The notes: generated by a model from the sequence alone, not told the origin. A stretch of DNA of 62,736 nucleotides, filler included, from Sphacelaria rigidula (GCA_964200075.2; 7 parts of 7 records of this genome joined end to end with filler, not necessarily neighbours in it), one strand, 5' to 3'. Numbered from the whole stretch's first letter, positions 24,078-42,088 are shown. Program-made: numbers and translations.

Positions 24078-26359
24078 TGACGTTTTCTGGCCCGTCGTGT
24101 CTGCGGAGGAACGCGATTTGGATATTGTCGTCCCTTCACCGTCGTTGAGAATATCGCTAAATTCTCAGGGTTTGTTTTCAGCGTGTTTGTTTGCTTCATA
24201 GCCACTATCGCATATACACTGGACCATCCTTCCATTTGACCATGAAGGAAGGCTGGTCTGTTTTGTTGGAATCGGTGTCGATTGTGCGAAATTGGCATCA
24301 ATTTGCTGAAGTCGGCACTGTGACATGCGTCGAACCTGGTGTCGATTTGGGGGGATTTGTTCGTGGTTTCCTTCATTTGGTGTCGATTTTGCGGGATTTT
24401 TGTCACTTGATTGGTCCGATTAATTAGTATCAATGCTTCCGTCGGTCAGTTGCATCGTTTTCCGGGAAAATCGGTGTCAATTTGGCGAAGCGGCAAATTC
24501 GCTGTTTCGACAGTCTTTGCATGTTGAAAATCGAAAAGACACCAGGCATGGTTATGGTATCGCACGTGTCGTAGTCATTGGATAGTAGCGGAGTGGACAA
24601 CCTACGACAAGTATTTCACCTGTGTAAACCTGTTTTCATAGTTGATGTCGTTGTTGCTGGATGTGTCCTTCATTGGCAGGTTCCCGGGTAGGGGGACGGG
24701 GACGAAGGGCTTCAATTTTTGGTGGAAGCGTGTTTCAGCGTCCCGCACAAGTATGAAAATCTATCCCGGGGAGAGATGTGTTGGTCCCTCTAGACCACGG
24801 ACTCGTCCCGAGAAAGGGGAGGGGTTCGAAGTGCGACACATAAATAGAAACATAATACTAAATAAAACAAAATGATCGAGTGACGCCGTTCATGCCCCAA
24901 TGTATCTCCACTTCAAAGGGCGGTGGATGACGCTAGACGCCAACCAAGGAATACTGACCGATCATATTTCCCCGGTTCTTTTTGGTTGGCCAATCAGATC
25001 CCCAATTCTCCCTCAGAAATTGCCGAGTATTTTCAGCTGTGCGCACACCTCGCGAGCGCGCGATGGTAGGACGTGCAGTCTTGTGTTGATATGTTGTAGA
25101 AATGTTCTTTGTGTTGTCCTGTTCCACTGGAGCTTCAACCTTCCAAAATAATCGCCTAGCTTTTCTGCTGTGTGCGGGCAGGCCCGGCTGTTACAAAACA
25201 TCAAATAAAACCGGTGAAGGTGGCTAGGACCTCCACAAACGTGTGTGTGTGTGTAGGTCTCTTGGTCCGTAGAGTGTTGGATGCTACCAGAATTCAGAAT
25301 GCTGGATTGTTGGGATGGCTGCACGGTTTGTGGCAGGGATTTGGGGGTTTGAGCCCTTAGCGGGACTCTAACGCGAATTTTTCCAGCACATGGTTGTCAC
25401 TTGAACATATGCCTGCATGAGATAAATCCTTCAGGGCAAGAATACCAGACATTCAAATGAACCTTTCCGTGAGGACACCAGTTCCAACCATTGTGGCTGC
25501 CCAAGCCAGGCAGAGGAAGCACCACCAATGCGCGTCCCAAGAACTTGATGCCTGGTGCCAACACACACCCCAGGACTAGGTGGTCGATGTACACCATGCA
25601 TATATCAGTGTATACTTCATTGTTTACTTTCTGACACCTGAGGACTCAGAGCCAGCGGTCTGGAAAGTTGTTAGACTGGAGGACATTCCACTCATCCAGG
25701 CCAAAGGACTCAAGCGAAACCTGAGAGCAATAGGATGCGTGTACTTGAAATAAATACTCGGTGAACCTCAGTCTCTTTTTTTCGGCCTCAGAAATATGTT
25801 GCCACGGAATCTAGGTAGTTTTATCCCGCGGCAACAATATTTTGTCCCCCCGGGTAGGGTTCACAATATATATATACATATATATATTGGGATTGATTTC
25901 GTGTACGAGAAAAACGAAAAGTAATACCCGTCCTAGTTTCCGACGCCTCTTCATCTACCAGTAAAGACCTTCCCCACGTTTGGTCAACAGTAGCAGTGAT
26001 TAGTTTCGGCGAAACGACGCGAATCTTTCAACGCGTTGTTGGTCATGCGCGGGCTTAAACCGCTGCTGTCGGCGATGTCCGGAGACGATAATTCTCTCTG
26101 TTGTCCTGTCCTCCGGTCTACACGGGGTCCCCCACACTAGAAATCCAGCTTGATTTCTACACAATTTCCCCATTCTCAACGATGGAATAATTTGCTGACT
26201 CAATGCTCGACGATGATACTGTGTCAGCCAGAATAACACCGCGGGAGAAATGGATCGATTTCCTTAAAACCACAAAGTCGTCCTGAAGAGGGTACTTGTG
26301 CAACGAGGGAGGGGATGTTGGCATGAGCAAAACTTCTTGGACCCGTGACGCGCGGGGCG

Positions 26360-26440
26360 GGGAGGTCGTACTCATTCGTTGCTTGCCTTAGCCGTTTGAC
26401 CATTGACCACGCATCCCTTTCGAGATGGAGCACCGTTACG
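26360..26440. repeat. Dispersed repeat family (CGTACTCATTCGTTGCTTGCC...GACCACGCATCCCTTTCG), representative copy
   Basis: Related copies near 17955-18030, 22790-22865, 33275-33355 and 59810-59945; related GACCACGGACTCGTCCC segments near 24793, 61003 and 61640. Confidence 0.7.
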
Positions 26441-26831
26441 AGCGGGAAAGGACAAAAGCTGTCCCTTCCCCCTTGGAGGAGTTGTCGAGCTCTTCTCTGC
26501 CCAACACGATCATGCTACTCAACAGCAAGGCTCCCCACCCGCAAGTAGCGTCCAAAGCTGTGCAGCGATTGCTGGTACACGTTTTAGATGGATCGCACAG
26601 GGGCGCTTCCTCAATTCCTACCCCCACTCTATCGATACGCCACTCAGGGGGGTGAGAGTGATGCTACGATAGGAGAGGGGGGGGAGGGTTGCTTTTTAGC
26701 ACAAAACAACGTGGTCTACCGGTGTGTTGCACCATCTCACTTGTGCTCTTGTATGTAGGTGACAACATAATTAGGGGGGGGGGGGGGGTATTTTTTTTTT
26801 TTTTTTTCTTGATCGTTGTAACCTTTGATGG

Positions 26832-26931
26832 NNNNNNNNNNNNNNNNNNNNNNNNNNNNNNNNNNNNNNNNNNNNTTAATTAATTAANNNNNNNNNNNNN
26901 NNNNNNNNNNNNNNNNNNNNNNNNNNNNNNN
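26832..26931. other. Artificial contig linker
   Basis: N44-TTAATTAATTAA-N44. Confidence 0.97.
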
Positions 26932-29900
26932 CTCTCGACGCTGCTCGAGAAGAATAGAGCGAAGAGCACGAACTGCTTCCTTGACCATGCGTTCGCACGT
27001 ACCGTTAGACCACGGAGAATACGCTACCGCAAACTGGTGATCAACGCGCAAAGCCTCTCGCAATCGGGCCAATATCGCATTCTTGAAATGCGTGGCGGTA
27101 TCACTCACCCACACACGCGGCACCCCCAAAGTTTTGCACCAATTCAGCAAAGACGCAGCAGTCGATTCAGCAGTACACACTGCTACTGGTTCCAGAGCCA
27201 CAAAGTTGCTCAAATCATCCATAATTACCAAAATATATCGAAACCCAGCATCCTCCGACAAATCTTGGGAAGCTAGCGGGCCACTCTCGCCCACGTACAA
27301 GAAGTCAAAATAAACGACTTCATTCGGCGTGGTCCCATGGACCGTTTCGCCGAGCGGGCGGGCAACAAGATCGCCCCCCCTCGAGTCAGCACAGTGAAGA
27401 CACTGGCGGACAAATTCGCGCACATGAGTTTCTACCCTCTGCCAGACACAAACCTCTTGCAAGCGCACGAGCGTCGCAGCCACACCACGTTGCCCGGCAT
27501 CGCGCATGTGCGCGCAAATCAACAGGCGTACCTGCAACTGCTTGTCAAAACTCGGAATCCACAAAACGTTCGGCCACACACATGCACACGAAACAGACCT
27601 TCATTGTCCAAGATAGCAGTAACAACGTCCGACTCGGAAGATTTCACATCCGCATCTTCGACCCCAAGGTCTTTTCGTTGCGCTTGGCGGACAACAGATT
27701 TGGACGGCATGGAGTCATCAGCTTCACACGGACCATACACAGCCACAGCGCGTACAGGCATTTGCATTTCAGTTGAAGGCACCTGCATGACCGAACTACC
27801 CCATTGGCACTCAAATGCATCCGGAAACATGAACACCTGACAATCAGGACGAGGATACAACAGCATCACGGCATGAGCCACCAAATCCTTCGCTGCCGCC
27901 CACGCCTGCAGCCTGCCCTCCGTTCACGATGCAGCCTTCTTCGGAAACGCCGTATCTGGACCGTACCATCCCGCCTACAAATTCCGTAACACCAACCCGA
28001 GCGCCAAAAGAGCCGCCATGCACAACTCCAACCAACTCGACTTCACTGGATCGTACCGCCGCGGCTTCGTCTTCGTCGCGGATGCCCCAGGTTTCAGCTG
28101 AACACGCATGGGCTCCACGCGCGCAGGGGGATCACCCCGCAGCGCACGACGAAACGCGTTGACGCGGCAATGCAATATGCCGCGCAGGCGCTCCGTTTTT
28201 GAGACGCAGAGGCCTGTCGCCATAGCATCCTTCACGCTCTCCTCCAGTGCGACATTCCGAGCGGACTCCTCTTCCGCCCGGTCCATGAACATCTCCGGGC
28301 TGCGCTCTACTGATCGTTCTACCGCCGCATTCCGCTCCTCGGTCACCTGCCTTCCAGTCTCCTGAAAAGCATCCACCGACAAGCTCACGCGACGACTGCC
28401 CAAAACGACGGCCGTCTCCACGTGCGGACGAGGCGGAGACAGCCGCGTCTTGATGGAGTTCTTCAACCGCTCATACGGGTCGACTCCTAGATCCTGTAGC
28501 GTCGGTAGCCCCAGAAAAACAACGCCATCCGACCCTGGCATAATCGCAAACGAGATCGGAGGCAACGCCGCCAGCACCCAAGCAGTCTTGAAGGCTAGCT
28601 TCAACGGAACAGTACGCTCCGTGACTGAAATATGCTGACCTGACGCGGTGACTGCCTTCCGCGCCCCGAGCGGAAACGGGATGCGCAGCGGCACGCCCGG
28701 GAGTTGTCGCTCCAGCATCTCAACCATCTGCACCGGCAGTCTAGTGGAATGGGCACCAGAATCCAACACAGACCGAACCAAAATAGCTTCACGCTGCCGT
28801 TGATTCGGAAGACATAGCTCCGCCGGAATGTATCTATCGGCAAGCTCCACGGCAACTTCTTCCGCTGACCTACGCGCAGTTAATACCACTTGACGCCACG
28901 GCTGCACAAGCTGCGCAGGCGAAGACGCTCCGGCAGGTTCAAACGGCACCACCGGCGGGTACGCCCCCCAGCCAGAAAACCGAGAATTTGACGACCGTCC
29001 GACCATCGCGTCAACAGGTGTCGCGCCTGGCGCTGCTGCCGGTGTCGCCGCCGGCGCCACCTCCGGCGCCGGCACAGTTTTCGACTCTGTAGAAGTCGGG
29101 TCCACCTGCACTGCCCGCTGTGGAGCAGCAGCACCTACGGCGGCGCCGGACCCAGAGCCAGGCCCATGCTGACGCTGCTGTCCCTGTTACTGCTGCTGAT
29201 TCTGCTGCTGCTGCGGCTGCTGCTGAGGGCTTGCCTGTGACCCTCCATCGCCGGAGGATCCGCCGCTGCCACCACGATTACCTCGTATTTTGCCCTTGTG
29301 CTGACGGCGATGATGGCGCGCGGCACTAGACTGCCCAGACTCCCCACCGGAAGACGTTGGGCAATCGCGCGCGTAATGGCCGACCTGGCCACAGCGGTGG
29401 CAAGTAATACTCGCGGCGCGACCAGCCGATTTCGAGCCACGGCTGCGCAAAACTTTCGGCGAAGAGGTGGACGACTGGCCGACTACCTCTATTTTCCGCC
29501 ACTCGTTGGCCTCGGCCACGACTATGCTCATCACCAGGTTCGGGTCGTCCTTCCAACGTGATTGGTGCTGCAGCTTGACAAGCACGGCTTGCTTGAAATT
29601 TTCCGGTGCCGACCCCTCCACCAAAGCCTTAGTGATTACTGCTGCCGTGACGGGAATGAACTTACCATCGGGGGAACGATATACTAGTTCTACGTTCGGA
29701 TTTTCCGTGAAGTACTTCTCCAAATTAGCCAATATGGACTCCACACGCTCCAACACCGTTTTCCCCCGAGAATCCATTGCGACAGCTTTCGTCACGGCCG
29801 CGGACGCTTGGGTTAGACCTACCTCGGCGCCCGCCGCATGCCCTGCATGCCTTTTGATCGCCGCAACTAATTGCGGCGAGGTGATGGTGCTCTTGTTATG

Positions 29901-29950
29901 TTCCAAACGAGCGGCGCTCTCTGTGCGTGAGTCGGTACTTGTTGAGCCAT
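26932..29950 (-). mobile_element. Defective Ty3/Gypsy LTR retrotransposon: gag (CCHC) - protease - deleted RT/RNase H - integrase
   Basis: Gag knuckle CHRCGQVGHYARDC; protease VLDSGA; RT start ALRGDPPARVEPMRVQLKPGA..KPRRY; RNase H start YPRPDCQVFMFPDA...WG; integrase zinc finger CAH...CLHC and DDE core YFDFLY / WVSDTATHF / NGTCER (26932-27579). Integrase after RT/RNase H is the Gypsy order. Nonsense codons and frameshifts present. Confidence 0.92.
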
Positions 29951-29968
29951 AGTCACCACCTGATGCCG

Positions 29969-30291
29969 CACGGCACCCCCTGCATTAGCGTGCTCCACAC
30001 GCCTCTTGTACTCTAAGTATTTTGTATAAAACGTGCGAGATGCACTTTCTGAGTACCTGTCCCCGTATTAGGAAGGTCGCAATTCTTCCGCATGACCACG
30101 GGTGTCACGGTGGACGTACCTCGTGAGCCCGTAGCCATAGCTGTAGCAGTAACCGGCTACCTGCGAACCTCTGCAGGCCAGCGGACCTTTTCGAATTGCA
30201 CTTTTGTTACATATTTATTTATCATGTTCCAGTCGACTGGGTTCCATTTGACGTACTTTGTCATGCTTGGTACCTGATGGGTCATACTACA
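29969..30291 (-). repeat. Probable 5' LTR of the Gypsy element
   Basis: Minus strand begins TGTAGTATGACC at 30291 and runs to a degenerate GGGGGTGC end followed by PBS-like CGGCATCAGGTGG just upstream of the gag ATG (29950). No second LTR available to confirm. Confidence 0.4.
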
Positions 30292-31285
30292 TTTTTTGAT
30301 TGGATTGACTTGGCTGCACCCCTTGGGTCACAGCGTTTTGGACTATGCATCTTAACTAGCAAAGCACAAGTTGGCCTGTACGCCAATAATACAAGAGCAT
30401 CTACGCCATCATGGACTATGCTATCTCAGGGAATTCTCTGGTCTTCACAAATGCAAGTCTGACCTTCATACAACACATGTTGTGCTGCAGCCTGCGCGGC
30501 TCATGGCATGCCACCTGACCACTGGTGCGGTGGCTGACTTTACACTTGGTAACGTCGAGCTCAATGGCTTCGATACTAAGTATTGTGTTTGAGCCCGCTA
30601 GCCCCCGGTGCCCACTGAACTGGCATCTTCCTACCAATGTGGTGAGTATCGAGCCATGACACTTTCCTTGCTTTGTCGCCGCACCACACAGTCGTAGGAG
30701 CCTCCAAACTCCCGCTCCACGCAGCTTCAGCAAGTCTCCAGTCTAGATCAATCACAGGCCAGCCGCCTTTCTGCAGCCACCACCAGCTTGAACCCCTGTC
30801 ACGCGTCCGTGATGTCAGGTTGTCCCCAGCTGCCAGACTCACTCCGCCGAGATATTTTTCAGTAGATTTCTAGCACTCACTAGAACTAGCACTAATATCG
30901 ATATTGTGACGCCAGCCAGTGGAAGCACTGTTGGATCACTGCTGTTGAGGGACTCCCCAGTCTTACTGGCTTCAGTTTCAGTTGTCAGCCTTTACAACAT
31001 TCCATTAGTCAGGAGTACCCTCCAGGCGGCCCCATAAACTACATCAGGGCATTACCCTTGTGTCCATATCATCATCCATATCATCATCCATATCATCACT
31101 TCAGATCCCAAGTCGTTATCCAATCATCACTATATCCTCAACTTGGCGTGATTTCGTCATAGGTGACATCGCAACCGGATGTGCAGAGACAAAAGCGATT
31201 TTTTTAATCCACCAGCCCACGCGGCTGGTGCACCCACAGATTCATCCCATACTAATGGACGATAAGGGTTGGTATGAAGCTACAC

Positions 31286-31724
31286 ACACGGAATCTTACA
31301 AATTGCGGATGGATTTTTGATTGAAAATGAGAAACCCGGAGAATTAAAATCTTCGTATCCACACTGAATCTTCGGGATATGGTTCCCTTTCTTCCCCTGA
31401 TAGTTCTTGACAACTGTTACACGCTATATAAAAATGGGTTTCGATCACCGAAATGTTGGGATCCTGGGTGAAAAAATAATTTCGGAACCATTTTCGCGTC
31501 CGTTTGGACACCCGAAATTTCCCAAAATTGGTTCTTCACCTAGGACCCCGACATTTCGGTGATCGAAATTCAAAGTTCTTTGCCGGGTAGCAATTGTGAA
31601 TAGCTATCAGTAGGTAAAGAAGGGGGACCATATTTCGAAGATTCGGTGTGGATACACAGGTTTTAATTCTCCAGGTGTCTCATCCCCAATAAAAGACCCA
31701 TCGCCAATTTGTAAGATCCCGTGT
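31286..31724. mobile_element. Foldback MITE (long imperfect inverted repeat)
   Basis: ACACGGAATCTTACAAATTG ... CAATTTGTAAGATCCCGTGT; arms pair over ~190 bp (tatccacactgaatcttcg / cgaagattcggtgtggata; tcgatcaccgaaatgt / acatttcggtgatcga). No clean TSD. Confidence 0.8.
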
Positions 31725-34295
31725 TTACACTAGTGTCACCCTCCTTATGCTGGTCATTGGGGACCTGTAGTGCACTACTGTTGGACTACACGGTTGGACT
31801 TCTGTCTTCTTGTGTTCAGTGTAACACATTGTACCGTTTATGATACTGTACGACTGCGTTGGAACCAAAGTTTGGGGGGAAGAACGACGTTTTCTGTCAC
31901 ACGTTTCCTGTCACAAGAAAACAATGTGACATGAGAAAATGCCCAGGACAACACCATTTATCATGCTGAAAATTGGAAAAAGATATAAAAACATTAATTA
32001 CCCTGTGCCTGAGCCAAGGAAGAACGACCTGGCCATCAAGGGGTTCACCACAAGATACATGGAGGCGGGCAGGGGGGATTGAAAACTATAGAATATGCAT
32101 ATACATGATCTTTTTTGTTCTCGTCTAGCTTCGTTCTCACGGAGGGTAGCTAGTAGTCGGCTGTAGCGTCGTGTTTACCGGTGCTTTTAAATCCCAGGGG
32201 AGACTACATTGTTGCGAGAAAAGGGGTCGCGCGCTCCAAGGAGGAGTCAAGTCAATTTCATGCTTGTATTCACCATGAAGCGCCGAATAGCACAAGGAAC
32301 TCCTGCCTCATTTGCGTGAGTGTTGCAACATCTCGTCAAAATGGCCATGCCTTCGTCCATGGTATCGACAGGTACCCGGCACGCGGGCATCACCAGCGAT
32401 AAACGTACACATGACAACATGCTCGACAACGAGTGTAGCTCTTTTCACCCTGCAGGAACCAACGACAAAATAATAATTAACGGTGGCTGTCGACACATCA
32501 TGCAAAGCTGCTTCTTTTTCCTTCCTCCTTTCTGTCGCCACACTTTCTTCACACCCTCTCCTCCGGACGAGTCCGATGTCTTCAGGGATTAACTCATCTC
32601 TGCCCCAGCACTTGTAGCCTCACATTTGAGTCTCGCGGGTTGGATCATGGCCATCAGTACTCCTGCACCGCGTCGACTGTCGTCCAACAAACTCCCTTGA
32701 ACCCACTATTCTTGTTGCGACTCACGTACATCTTCACGCTTTCAAAGGCGGAATCAGACAGGTCGAAGAAAAAAACATGAACGCATCTGGCGGGGAACGT
32801 ACGTTCTTTTCATCTTAATGGTACCTGTTGGGTTATTCAACCACCGGAACACGGCGGCCATACAATACATCGCGAAAATCTCATATCATTTTGCTGGCGG
32901 AGAAAAAGAAAAAGACCTACCGCGACAGCTAACATTTTCTCTTCCCGCATAATCGGCAGAGCCAAAGGACCATACACGATCGCCATCGCAAATGCCATCG
33001 CCCCAAACTAACAAAGGGGTTGCTGGGGGCCTCTTTTGGTCCTCAACAGACAATTTTTACCACGCACGGCGAAATAAATCGGCGCCGGGAACAGCTTTAC
33101 CAGAGCTTCTGGTCGGCCTTATACTCAATAAGAGCTACTTGAAATCAAGACTGTTGTGAAAAGCTCAACTGTATGTTGGAGAAATAAATTCCTGCACCAC
33201 CATTATCGTGAGAGATATGCGAGGCAAGCCCCGACGAAATCAATGCTCACAAATCAAGACCCCCCACCCCCCATCGCGCCCCGTCTCGAAAGGGATGCGT
33301 GATCATAAGTCAAATGGCCAAGGCAAGCAACCAATGAGTACGCCCCCCCCCCCCCCACAACCCTACAAGTTTCATCTTACAGATAGCGCGACACTCTCAT
33401 CAACACAGCCCTAACCCCTTTCCTCAACAAAACACACAATACATGTCATTGTTATCATCATTATTATTAATTCCGCAAATTCGCTCAATCTCTCGAATCC
33501 GTAGTCACAGACGTGAGCTCGTCTTCCCTATACAATCTTGCTATTCCTTACAATCGACACAGCTCCCATTGCTTCTTTCAAGACTCAAGAAAAAACGAGA
33601 GCAAATTAACATCAAATTAAAACAAGAGAGACGTCAAGGAAACAGGAGAGCAACAGCTTCTCCCGAGTTAGTCAGGGTGAGGTGAAGAAAAAAAAGAAAC
33701 GAGGCAAAATTGTGAACCACGGATGGAGTGCCATGGCTAAGATTGTTGGCTGACCAAAGTACCAGGAATCTTAATATTTACGTACGTGCCCACAGGGAGT
33801 AGGTAGGGTGCCCTTCCTATGCAGTCAACACTTCCAAGACAAAAGCAGCTTCGACAAAAATACCGAAACCGATACAACAGCACTGAACCGCAAAACAAAC
33901 TCTCGCGTTCGGCTTAGCACAAGGAAGGCGAAAAAAACAAAACTCAAGAAAAAATTACGTACAGTATTTGTACACGGTCAAAAACGAGGGGGGGCGGGGA
34001 GGAAACGTCATACCCGCACACGAATGAACACCACTTGCAATCAAAAACGTCCATATTTTACACCCGCCGGGGCCAGACGAATCCTCTTCGGAAAAAAAGA
34101 GGCGTCCTCTAGCTTCGAATGACGTCCGAGCAGGGCGATAAACAAGACGATCAGGCTCTTCTTACGTTGCTCCAATAACAAACGCTGGCTTCGAGCAGCC
34201 AAGTCAACGGGAGTCAGCGAAGAACGAACAAAAACATTTTCCCGGCCAAAAAAGTGTCATTTTTTCAACAATTACGAGATACACATGGACTTGTT

Positions 34296-35682
34296 TCACT
34301 TGTCGCGCATCCATTCCAAAACGTCCACATGTCTTCTCTCTCTGGCAACCCCTCTGCATGCCACCTTATCCCAAGGACAGCCATTCTCCCTGGCATACCT
34401 GAGCACTTCGAGATGCCCACCGGATGCAGCCTGCACAAAGAAAAAAAAAAAATGATTCAGAGAGATATTTTGAATCATTTCCTTCGACGTACTTTTCAAA
34501 GAGAATAAAGGAAAACAGCTTCCCAGTGTCTCTTGACATGAGTTCTCAAGACTGAGCCCCTGAGCTCTCAAGCTCTCAAGCCCTTGAACAGATACCACCA
34601 GGAGCGACTTCACCGGCAAGTAGTTGTTATAGTTCTTGCTTCACCCAACCGCCTCAGTGAAACGGTTTCGAGTACACTAACGGCTGTAATTTCACCATTA
34701 CTTTCGGGCTGCTGGACGCCAAGAGGCGGTGTGCACAACAATCACACAGGTTTTTGGTGAGTTGTGGCGACAGGCCCCTCATTTCAGTCCTGATAACTAG
34801 CCTGAATCCGTGCGGCGGGCTTCTCTTGCGTCGGCTGCGCCACGCTGACGTCGACCGTGAATTCATTGTTTCGCTCGGCACTCAGCGCTTAAAGATGAGA
34901 TCAAGACCACGGCCGATCGCCACGTACTAGCCGGGCACGGAGCTTAGTCCGCGCCTGTTTCGTGCTCGTGATCATCGCTATTTCTGCACATTAACCCCAT
35001 CTCTCGAACCCGTGGTACGTCGACGGTAATATCTGAAGCCGGGTTACACAGTTCCATCTCTTGACTGCACAGGAATTCATCCCTCCGCTCTCGCGTTAAC
35101 GAACCACGCGAATTTGTAGCACATGTACACCTCAAAGCCAAGGCGACACCGGGTACTCACTCCATGGAGACCAGCAAGGGGGGTGGCCATATCATACACC
35201 ATCCTGCACTTTCTTACCTGAACACATGTCAGTTCGTCCCAAGGGCACCCATTCTCTCTTGCCCATTTGACCACCTCGAAATGTCCGTTCTTCGCCGCCC
35301 GGCTCAAGGTTGACACACCCCACTCGCAACCGTTCGCCCTAGCCCACTTCAAAACGTGCAGATGCCCGCCCTCCGCCGCCACGGTACACGTCAAGCTATC
35401 ACCGCACAAGTAGCCATTTTCCAAAGCCCACTGTAAGACGTCTAGTCGACCCGTCTTGGCGGCACGCCGACACGTGCGATGTCCCCACGGGCAGCCGTTA
35501 TCCCTCAGCCATGCTAGGATCTGGAGGTGTCCTCCGCTCGCGGCCATACCACACGTCTGGTAGTTCCACGGTGCGCCGTGCCGTCTCGCCCACTTGAGGA
35601 GCTTGAGGTGGCCTCCCTCAGCCGCCATGCCGCACGTGTTGTGATCCCACGGACATCCGTTTGCCCTGAGCCACTTCAGTAC
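34296..35682 (-). CDS. Ankyrin-repeat protein with 27-aa GCPWD-type repeats, last two exons
   Basis: Exons 35218-35682 and 34296-34430 (GT-AG, phase 0): VLKWLRANGCPWDHNTCGMAAEGGHLKLLKWARRHGAPW...GCPWDELTCVQ|AASGGHLEVLRYARENGCPWDKVAC...EWMRDK*. Confidence 0.88.
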
Positions 35683-35808
35683 CTGTATATTTCAATCAAT
35701 TCAACGACGGCGCACGCGCATGGGTGGGGGGGGTGGGGGGGGGGGCATTACGGGCACTGTCCGGAAAACACAGGGTTTTGCTCGACACCTCTTGCTCGTG
35801 ACGTTCCT

Positions 35809-35908
35809 NNNNNNNNNNNNNNNNNNNNNNNNNNNNNNNNNNNNNNNNNNNNTTAATTAATTAANNNNNNNNNNNNNNNNNNNNNNNNNNNNNNNNNNNN
35901 NNNNNNNN
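35809..35908. other. Artificial contig linker
   Basis: N44-TTAATTAATTAA-N44. Confidence 0.97.
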
Positions 35909-35990
35909 GGGTTCTCATCCTCAATCAAAAGCACCATCCTCAACATAGATGATTGGCTGTTTACAGTGCCTAAAGGGTCACTGTCGTCAC

Positions 35991-36699
35991 CTGATTTGGG
36001 TCGAAAACCTTGTGCTTGAGCAGCACCTGCAGCGTCTTCAACTGCCCATTAGCTACAGCACAGTGCAGCAAGTTTCGTCCGTAATCCTCTTGTCTCTTGC
36101 TTCTCAGCTCGCACAGATGCATCGCCCCCGGAAACTTTATCATCTCCACTAATACTTCAGCGTTTCCATCCGCCACAACCTGTGTGGTTAAACGGCACGG
36201 AGGGGAATACTTACAGTACATTCGTGATTGAAGAACCTTCCTGTTTTTCCTCATTCGCCAGTCCCTGCCTGCGCCGTTGTACCGCCCGTATGTCGGTGTT
36301 GCCACACGGCTTCGGGTTTTTGGCGTATGCCGAAAACCCCTGTGAAGTGCAATTCTCTAGTGAATAACTTCATCGAGCTGTTGGTTTCATACCCGCTCTC
36401 ATTGGACGGCTGCTCACCTCGAAAACGTCGTTCGCGGTTCGCAGCGACGCCCCTGCAGCAACTGCTCGAGGTGACCCCACAGTGGTACGTGCCGTATTCA
36501 TATATGACGCAGATGCAGCTCTACTGTTTCTATATTTTGCACCACCGACACCACCGCTGCCCCCGCTGCCTACCGGGGCAGTCGTCTCACCAGCGGCTAC
36601 GTCGTGTTTTCCCATCCTTGGTGGCACATGTCTTCGCTCTGATTGTGTGCCTCGTCTTGGGGAGCGCCCGGTTCGAGGCGTTTTCCCCGGCGACAACAT
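35991..36699 (-). CDS. Ankyrin-repeat protein (canonical type), first two coding exons
   Basis: Exon 36418-36699 (probable ATG 36699, MLSPGKTPR...NDVFE|gtgagc) and exon 35991-36179 (cag|VVADGNAEVLVEMIK...YGRNLLHCAVANGQLKTLQVLLKHKVFDPNQ|gtgacg), both phase 0. Start codon inferred. Confidence 0.72.
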
Positions 36700-37399
36700 A
36701 CTATCTCGTTGTAGCGGCTGCCGATTCTTGCTAGCTTCACCGCCTTCGCTCCTTTGTTGTGAGACCACCTTGGGAGCGTGACTCTATCTTTCATGTATGA
36801 AGTACATGTTCATAATCGCTGCTTGCGTGCCTCAGTAAGTTGAGTTCGGTGCTTCCATGCGTCCGCCGGGTAGTGAATTTCCGCCCTACAGTGCGCCGTT
36901 TGGTCCGTCTCCCGAGAGTATGCTCGGGGTGACCAACCTACAACATGAGATCACGAAGCTGCGAAGAACATACCGTGGAAGTTTCGAAGCTAAATCTCAC
37001 TTTACACAGCAACGCGATCTACAGCAATTGCATCACCTCTTCGTCATGCTTCAGTATAGTGCGCCATGGACACATGGACACCTGCTCTTATCTCGCAGCC
37101 CTGGCATCCGAACCGCCACCTACTCCACCGCCTTTTCGAGATTCCACCGCACTTCTCCCTTTGCAAGACAATCCACTGATAGATAATGAATGCATTTATT
37201 GAACTATCCCCACCCGTGCACGTTACGAAAACACGCTCGCTGGGGAGTTCAAGTTTGTGCTTTTGCGACTGGAGGGCCGGGTTGCCCCCGCCGGATTCAC
37301 TCTACAGACCTTTCGTCGCATCGCGTGACGTCTCGCCTGTAATCTTATCTTCTCTGCACCACCATTTTCAACTCTTTCCTTATCACCTCAGTCTGAATC

Positions 37400-42088
<4,689 letters not shown>

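Noticed and set aside
29187..29189. Programmed stop readthrough between gag and pol
   Set aside because: TAA lies within a CAG/CAA poly-Q run and other nonsense codons occur downstream; a simple C-to-T mutation is more likely.
32655..32770. RNKNSGFKGVCW resembling an AP2/HNH-AP2 motif on the minus strand
   Set aside because: Short match followed by a stop, with no supporting domain context.
34296..36699. Single ankyrin gene spanning the gap
   Set aside because: The halves lie on different contigs separated by an artificial linker and have different repeat types.
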